The notes below the pieces were generated by a model that saw only the letters and a program-made list of their open reading frames with translations, did not search any database and had not been told where the DNA came from. Positions 59,083 to 64,000 of a stretch of 64,000 bases of DNA are shown piece after piece (position 1 is the stretch's first letter; each line of letters opens with the position of its first letter). This DNA is from an uncultured Acidobacteriota bacterium (GTDB lineage Bacteria > Acidobacteriota > Blastocatellia > RBC074). The DNA is taken from the NCBI GenBank assembly GCA_963796275.1, contig CAWCKY010000003.1, positions 768,001 through 832,000 on the forward strand. The letters run 5' to 3'. A program made the translations under genes and the position numbers.

Positions 59083-59865
59083 ATGGGTGAGCCATTCTAC
59101 GCAATAGGATTTAAAATTACAGACGAAGCTTCATACCAGGCATTGGCTGAAGAAGCACACCAACGCGGGACGCTCAGCAAAGCCCGGAGAGCTCAAGGCA
59201 TTTTACATGGTTGCTGCTGGAGTTTGGGCGCTGGTCTCGAGGTCTGGACCGTGCTTTATGAATCGAAAGAGGGATTGTTTTATGCGGATTGTCGACCCGC
59301 ATTTCGATCCCAGCAGATATTCAGCTTTTACCCATGGGAGATTGTCGAATACGAAGAGGACGGCGAGGCCATTGCGCGCGGCGTGACAGCCGAAACGGAT
59401 ACCGAGATGATATTCGAGTTGCAAAACCTTACCGAAATCAATCCGGATGAGTTCCGCGAGCGGCCTCTGACGGCTGTCGTCTCGGGATTAGCCTATCGCG
59501 CTCACGCCCACAACCGCCGTGGGACGCCCGCGTTTGCGCCTCTCTCATCTCGCTCTCGGCGGAAAAAGGCGGCCGAGAACGACTACATCATATCCGGAAC
59601 AATAGTTTCTTGGCGGGAGATAAAAAATCGGCATACCACCAGTGATTTGATCTGGACCAGCATCGATGCAGGGAAGCTCAGGCTCGAAGTGCTCGTAAAT
59701 CGCGCTGACTTGAAGGGTGAGCTGAAATGCGGCGGATGGTTGAGCTCCGAAATCTGGTTGCAGGGACACGTCTTGAATGACAAGGAATTGCAGGCTCGCT
59801 ACGAAGGTGTAGACCTCGATATCCCGCGCGGCGATCACTGGAAAAAATTCCGGCGAGAGAACTGA
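59083..59865 (+). CDS. Hypothetical protein, DUF3881-like
   Basis: AIGF at the N-terminus, GAGLEVW, IFELQN, SGLA, Y.ISGTI and WLQG near the C-terminus; family assignment from memory. Confidence 0.6.
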   Translation: MGEPFYAIGFKITDEASYQALAEEAHQRGTLSKARRAQGILHGCCWSLGAGLEVWTVLYESKEGLFYADCRPAFRSQQIFSFYPWEIVEYEEDGEAIARGVTAETDTEMIFELQNLTEINPDEFRERPLTAVVSGLAYRAHAHNRRGTPAFAPLSSRSRRKKAAENDYIISGTIVSWREIKNRHTTSDLIWTSIDAGKLRLEVLVNRADLKGELKCGGWLSSEIWLQGHVLNDKELQARYEGVDLDIPRGDHWKKFRREN

Positions 59866-59959
59866 CCGCGTATTTTTCACGGATGCAATTTTCAATGACC
59901 GGCTTTAACCCGTCTTGTTCCTGCGCTTTCGTGAAGATCCGTGGTTATTTGTTTCAATT

Positions 59960-61318
59960 ATGGTCTCGATAATCACCGCACGCTGGGTGCTCCCGATAAC
60001 ATCTCAGCCGATCGAATTGGGCGCTGTCGCAATCGAATCCGGTTGCATCGCCGCCGCTGGCTCACTCTCCGAAGTCCGCCTAAAATTTCCCGATGCACGC
60101 GTAAAAGACTTGGGTGAAGCTGCGATCCTGCCTGGTCTGGTGAACGTTCACACGCATCTCGAACTGACCGTATTCCGCGGGCGTCTGGAAGAGGCGCAAT
60201 TTCAGCGCTGGATTTCCGGACTGGTTCGGCTTAAAGCCGAAAAGCTGGACGCAGATGATGTGTATGCGAGCGCACAGCTCGGATGTATCGAGGCGATCAG
60301 GTCGGGCATTACTACGCTCGCCGATACTTCGGACGCGAGCGCTCCCATGGTCGCCTTGATCGAAAGCGGGCAGCGGGGGGTGATATTTCAGGAATGTTTC
60401 GGAATACGGCCTGAACAGGCCGAGGCCAGCATGGGCGATTTGCAAACGAAACTTGAAGCTCACGCTGATCGACTGGCCAGAGCGGGCGGTGAAGCTCAGG
60501 CGCGATTGAGCGTTGGCATCTCGCCTCACGCTCCTTATTCAGTCGCTGACAGCCTCTATCGGCTCACGACACGGTTCGCCCTTGACCATAAATTCGATAT
60601 TGCGATTCATACCGCGGAATCCGCCGATGAAGCGGCGCTAATGCGCGATGGCAGCGGGGCTTTCGGCGACTCACTGAGGAAGCGGGGGATCACACCCAGC
60701 GGTATGGGCGTCTCGACGGTCAGGTATTTCGACCGGCTCGGAGTGCTCGATGCGGCGCCGCTTTTGATCCATTGCGTCACGGTCGATGAAGAAGAGATCG
60801 CGCTAATGAGTGAACGGGGTGCTCGCGTGGCGCACTGCCCCAAATCTAACGCGAAGTTCGGCCACGGCAACTCGCCATTGATCGAGATGCGCCGGGCCGG
60901 CATTAGTCTCGGTCTCGGAACGGACAGCGTCGCGAGCAATAACTCCTGCGATCTGCTGGAAGAAGCGCGCTTCTGTTCTCTGCTCCATCGGGCATCGCAT
61001 AAAGATGCGACCGTTTGCACGGCGGAAGAGATGCTGAGATTTATGACGATTGACGGCGCGCGCGCGCTGAAGATGGGTGATCGGATAGGCTCGATTGAAA
61101 CGGGGAAGCAGGCTGATCTGATTGCGATCGATCTTCAGAGGGTTCATCACAACCCATATTATGATCTGGCGACGGCGATCACCTTCAGTTGCTCGGCGCG
61201 CGATGTTGTATTTACGATGGTAGCCGGACGGGTGCTTTATGAAGGCGGGCGCGTATTAACGATGGATGAAACAGATGTAATGATGCGGATTCGGGAAATA
61301 CACCGTAAACTAGCCTGA
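59960..61318 (+). CDS. Amidohydrolase (MTA/SAH deaminase-like)
   Basis: PGLVNVHTHLE, SPHAPYS, IHTAES, HCPKSN and LGTDS. Confidence 0.92.
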   Translation: MVSIITARWVLPITSQPIELGAVAIESGCIAAAGSLSEVRLKFPDARVKDLGEAAILPGLVNVHTHLELTVFRGRLEEAQFQRWISGLVRLKAEKLDADDVYASAQLGCIEAIRSGITTLADTSDASAPMVALIESGQRGVIFQECFGIRPEQAEASMGDLQTKLEAHADRLARAGGEAQARLSVGISPHAPYSVADSLYRLTTRFALDHKFDIAIHTAESADEAALMRDGSGAFGDSLRKRGITPSGMGVSTVRYFDRLGVLDAAPLLIHCVTVDEEEIALMSERGARVAHCPKSNAKFGHGNSPLIEMRRAGISLGLGTDSVASNNSCDLLEEARFCSLLHRASHKDATVCTAEEMLRFMTIDGARALKMGDRIGSIETGKQADLIAIDLQRVHHNPYYDLATAITFSCSARDVVFTMVAGRVLYEGGRVLTMDETDVMMRIREIHRKLA

Positions 61319-61361
61319 GAGTTGATGTAAAGATACTGTACGCGCGCAATTCCAAGGGAAT

Positions 61362-61402
61362 ATCACAAAAAGCACAAAAGATATTTTTGTGCTTTTTGTG
61401 GT
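61362..61402. terminator. Hairpin between convergent genes
   Basis: ATCACAAAAAGCACAAAA-GATAT-TTTTGTGCTTTTTGTGGT. Confidence 0.6.
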
Positions 61403-61409
61403 GGACATA

Positions 61410-61904
61410 CTATTTCACCTGGATATGCGCTTCGAGAAACCAGAGCGACTTATCCAGATCGCGCGAGACCTCGGTGAAGATGTCCGAGGTGTCGATATCA
61501 CCCAGTTTATCCGCCTTCTCGATCGCCTCGCGGGTGGTTGCGGCAAGAGCGGCATAGCGCTCGGTCAATGTTTCAACGCTCTCCATGCTGCCCGTGACAG
61601 TCGCCGGATATTCCGGCAGACGAGATGAGGCCGCCGACATCCGCGCAGTTCCGAGCGCGGTTCCACCGAGGGCGGTCGCACGCTCTGCGATCGTATCGAC
61701 ATGCCCGAGCACACTGCCCGCCAGTTGATCGAAGAGCTCATGAAGTTGGAAAAACTGTGGCCCCTTCACATTCCAATGTGCCTGCTTGGTCTGGCTATAG
61801 AGATCGAAAGTGTCGGCCAGTTGCTGATTTAGCAGGGAAATCATCTGTTCGCGAGTTTCGACGTCGACATCGATGCTGGTTTTATATGTTTTTGGCTTCG
61901 CCAT
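61410..61904 (-). CDS. dps: DNA starvation/stationary phase protection protein Dps
   Basis: KQAHWNVKGPQFFQLHELFD, DTIAERATALGG and LDKSLWFLEAH. Confidence 0.96.
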   Translation of the reverse strand: MAKPKTYKTSIDVDVETREQMISLLNQQLADTFDLYSQTKQAHWNVKGPQFFQLHELFDQLAGSVLGHVDTIAERATALGGTALGTARMSAASSRLPEYPATVTGSMESVETLTERYAALAATTREAIEKADKLGDIDTSDIFTEVSRDLDKSLWFLEAHIQVK

Positions 61905-62006
61905 GCTTCATCATCCTCCTCCTTAAAAATAAAACCACAAAGACGAAGGGAATAAAACACACCCTCTTCATATCTTCGTGGTTTTTATTCTATCACTAAT
62001 TCTTAA

Positions 62007-63998
62007 TTACTTCCGACCCAGGAACCGGATGCGCCCGACAAAGGCGCGTTTCTGAAAATTACCGTAATTCAAAAAGTTTCCCGAATCAAGATTGTTATCA
62101 ACCGTGGATGGGTTCGCGCGATCAGTGACATTATTGAAGCCTCCGCGTACCGCCCAATGATAGCCGATCAGCCGGAACCTCTTCTCGGCATGGAGGTTCA
62201 GTGAGAAATAGTCAGGGAATCTGATTGAATTGGGAGGTCCAATGATCTGTTGATCGCGATTCACGATATTGAAAGGGAATCCGTCGCGCCAATCGAGCGC
62301 ATAGGAGAGATCGAATCCTTTGATCAGAGGCAGCCAGCCCCAGGAGATCAGACGGTTCGGCGAATCCCAGGGCAGCGGCCCTCCCGCCTGCTGGCTGAAG
62401 ATCGGATTATCTATATCGATCTCAAAGGTGGCGTTCGAACGCGCTTTGGAACGCGTATAGGATAAGAGCATCATGTAATTCTGCTTGATCTTTCGGCGCA
62501 GCGTGACCTGTACCGCATCGTAACGATCACGCCGGAAGCTGCTCAACTGAAAAAGGCCGCTTCGCTGATCGGGCAGTAGCGGGTTGTTCAGGCCGTTGTT
62601 GATAAAGGCGAGCCCGTCGCTGCCGCGTCTTCCGATGAAATCCAGGCGCATGTAGACTGATGCCGGCAACTTGTCTTCGATTCCCACACTCCAGTTCAAA
62701 AAGCGCGGGGCTTCCAACTCGTCATCGTTAACCTGTAATGCCGTATCGATTGGGGTGCTGCTTACTCCATCGGTCGAGATGAATGTGTCAATTCGGCGCC
62801 CGGTATATGGTTGTGTGATATAACTAAGGTTCGTTGTATCGTAGTAAAGGCCGACGCCTGCGGAGAGCTTGGTATCACGGCTCGCCTTCAGCAGATATGT
62901 GGTAGCAATCCGCGGTGAGATCAGGACATCGCGAATGATTTCATCCCAATCGTACCTCAAACCTATCTCCATCAGCCATCGATCGGAGATAGACCATCTA
63001 TCCTGCGCATACCCGCTCACTTCAAAGTTATATCGGTCGGATCCCGGGCTATCGATGTAGTCGATTTGACGAGAAATGGAACCGTCCCGGCGTTTGATGA
63101 GCACCGAATTCCTCTCAGCCGACTGCTCGAAAAAGACCCGGTCAAAATCAACCCCCACCTTGAACTCGTGCCTTCCGTTAAATTGAACGGTTGGTAAAGT
63201 CAAATTGCTAAGAAATTGCAGTCGGCGCGCCAGACTGGTAGTGGTCTTGAAATAGTTTCCAGCTCTCGATCCGGGGAAAAGCTCAAGCGGCATATCGCCG
63301 AGTGGAGATTCAAGAGCATCGAACTGGTTAAACCCTAATCCGAATTCCAAAACCATTCCGCCCGTGAAATAGGTCTGGTTTTTGACTGTGAAAAGGTATG
63401 CGGACTGGTCAAGGTTCCTCGTGGTCTCGATCGGGCTGAACTGCGATAATCCGTTGAAAGACGAGTTGTACCGATTTATGAGAAAACTCGTGGTCAGGAT
63501 ATTCGTCTGATTCAGATTAACCTGCGCCTTGGACAAATTGTTCAAACGCCAGGTGCGACCTCGATCGAGGCCTTCCGGGAGCTCGTCTATGATATTCAGA
63601 TTGTACTCGCCATCGACGGCATTGAAAAACCATGCCTTTTGCTTGCGCAACGGGCCGGAAAATGTCGCGCGCGGCGTCCAGTCATTGAGATTGATGCCGT
63701 TGCGAATCTGAGGTGAAGGGATGAAATCGGTTATCGCAAAGCGGTAACGATCATCGCCCATTGAGGTCGTCAAACCCAGTATGCCGGCCGATCCCTTACC
63801 GTATTCAGCCGAATAGCGGCTGCTTTTGACGTCAATCGATCGCAACGCATCCGGGCTGACGCGCAGCTCGAGCAGGCCGCTGGCCGGATGAGATGTGCTG
63901 AAGCCATCGAATTGGCTGTTAATCTGGTTCGATGCCGCGCCATTTATATGAACATTTCCGGAATTGTCGCGCACGATGCCGGGAACGTACGGCAGGAT
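62007..63998 (-). CDS. TonB-dependent receptor-like outer-membrane protein (N-terminus beyond the right edge)
   Basis: Frame open to the edge (ILPYVPGIVRD); plug motif YSAEYGKGSAG; YAQDRW..GLRYDW; LSYTRS; terminal beta-strand. Confidence 0.9.
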   Translation of the reverse strand: MLPYVPGIVRDNSGNVHINGAASNQINSQFDGFSTSHPASGLLELRVSPDALRSIDVKSSRYSAEYGKGSAGILGLTTSMGDDRYRFAITDFIPSPQIRNGINLNDWTPRATFSGPLRKQKAWFFNAVDGEYNLNIIDELPEGLDRGRTWRLNNLSKAQVNLNQTNILTTSFLINRYNSSFNGLSQFSPIETTRNLDQSAYLFTVKNQTYFTGGMVLEFGLGFNQFDALESPLGDMPLELFPGSRAGNYFKTTTSLARRLQFLSNLTLPTVQFNGRHEFKVGVDFDRVFFEQSAERNSVLIKRRDGSISRQIDYIDSPGSDRYNFEVSGYAQDRWSISDRWLMEIGLRYDWDEIIRDVLISPRIATTYLLKASRDTKLSAGVGLYYDTTNLSYITQPYTGRRIDTFISTDGVSSTPIDTALQVNDDELEAPRFLNWSVGIEDKLPASVYMRLDFIGRRGSDGLAFINNGLNNPLLPDQRSGLFQLSSFRRDRYDAVQVTLRRKIKQNYMMLLSYTRSKARSNATFEIDIDNPIFSQQAGGPLPWDSPNRLISWGWLPLIKGFDLSYALDWRDGFPFNIVNRDQQIIGPPNSIRFPDYFSLNLHAEKRFRLIGYHWAVRGGFNNVTDRANPSTVDNNLDSGNFLNYGNFQKRAFVGRIRFLGRK

Positions 63999-64000
63999 AT

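Overview
A 64-kb bacterial chromosomal window of moderate GC. Gene content, intergenic repeat style and protein families suggest an Acidobacterium, probably Blastocatellia-like; this is an inference and no database search was run. Most of the window is core housekeeping: acyP-apt-tRNA-Arg(CCT); aroC, def, ssb, fmt, rsmB; hfq-tmk-holB; ffh-rpsP-khpA-rimM-trmD-rplS; recX, yebC; dps. Accessory envelope and secreted-protein genes and many palindromic or heptamer repeats are interspersed. The best candidate for an undescribed system is at 1.4-6.1 kb. There a TIGR02999/ECF43-type sigma factor overlaps a membrane Ser/Thr kinase whose extracytoplasmic domain is a lytic transglycosylase (SLT). Both lie divergent from a secreted polysaccharide deacetylase and a free secreted SLT that is a full-length paralog of the kinase ectodomain, which suggests a peptidoglycan sense-and-remodel circuit. 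Other notable items are a RecU-type resolvase in the slot usually held by ruvC after yebC, a cluster of two CelD/BcsL-type GNATs plus a proline-dehydrogenase-fold protein lacking the proline-binding residues, an orphan quinoprotein fragment, MITE/REP-like elements (some apparently in-frame inside genes), and three single-base frameshifts that may be sequencing errors. I saw no CRISPR array, rRNA, integrase or transposase.
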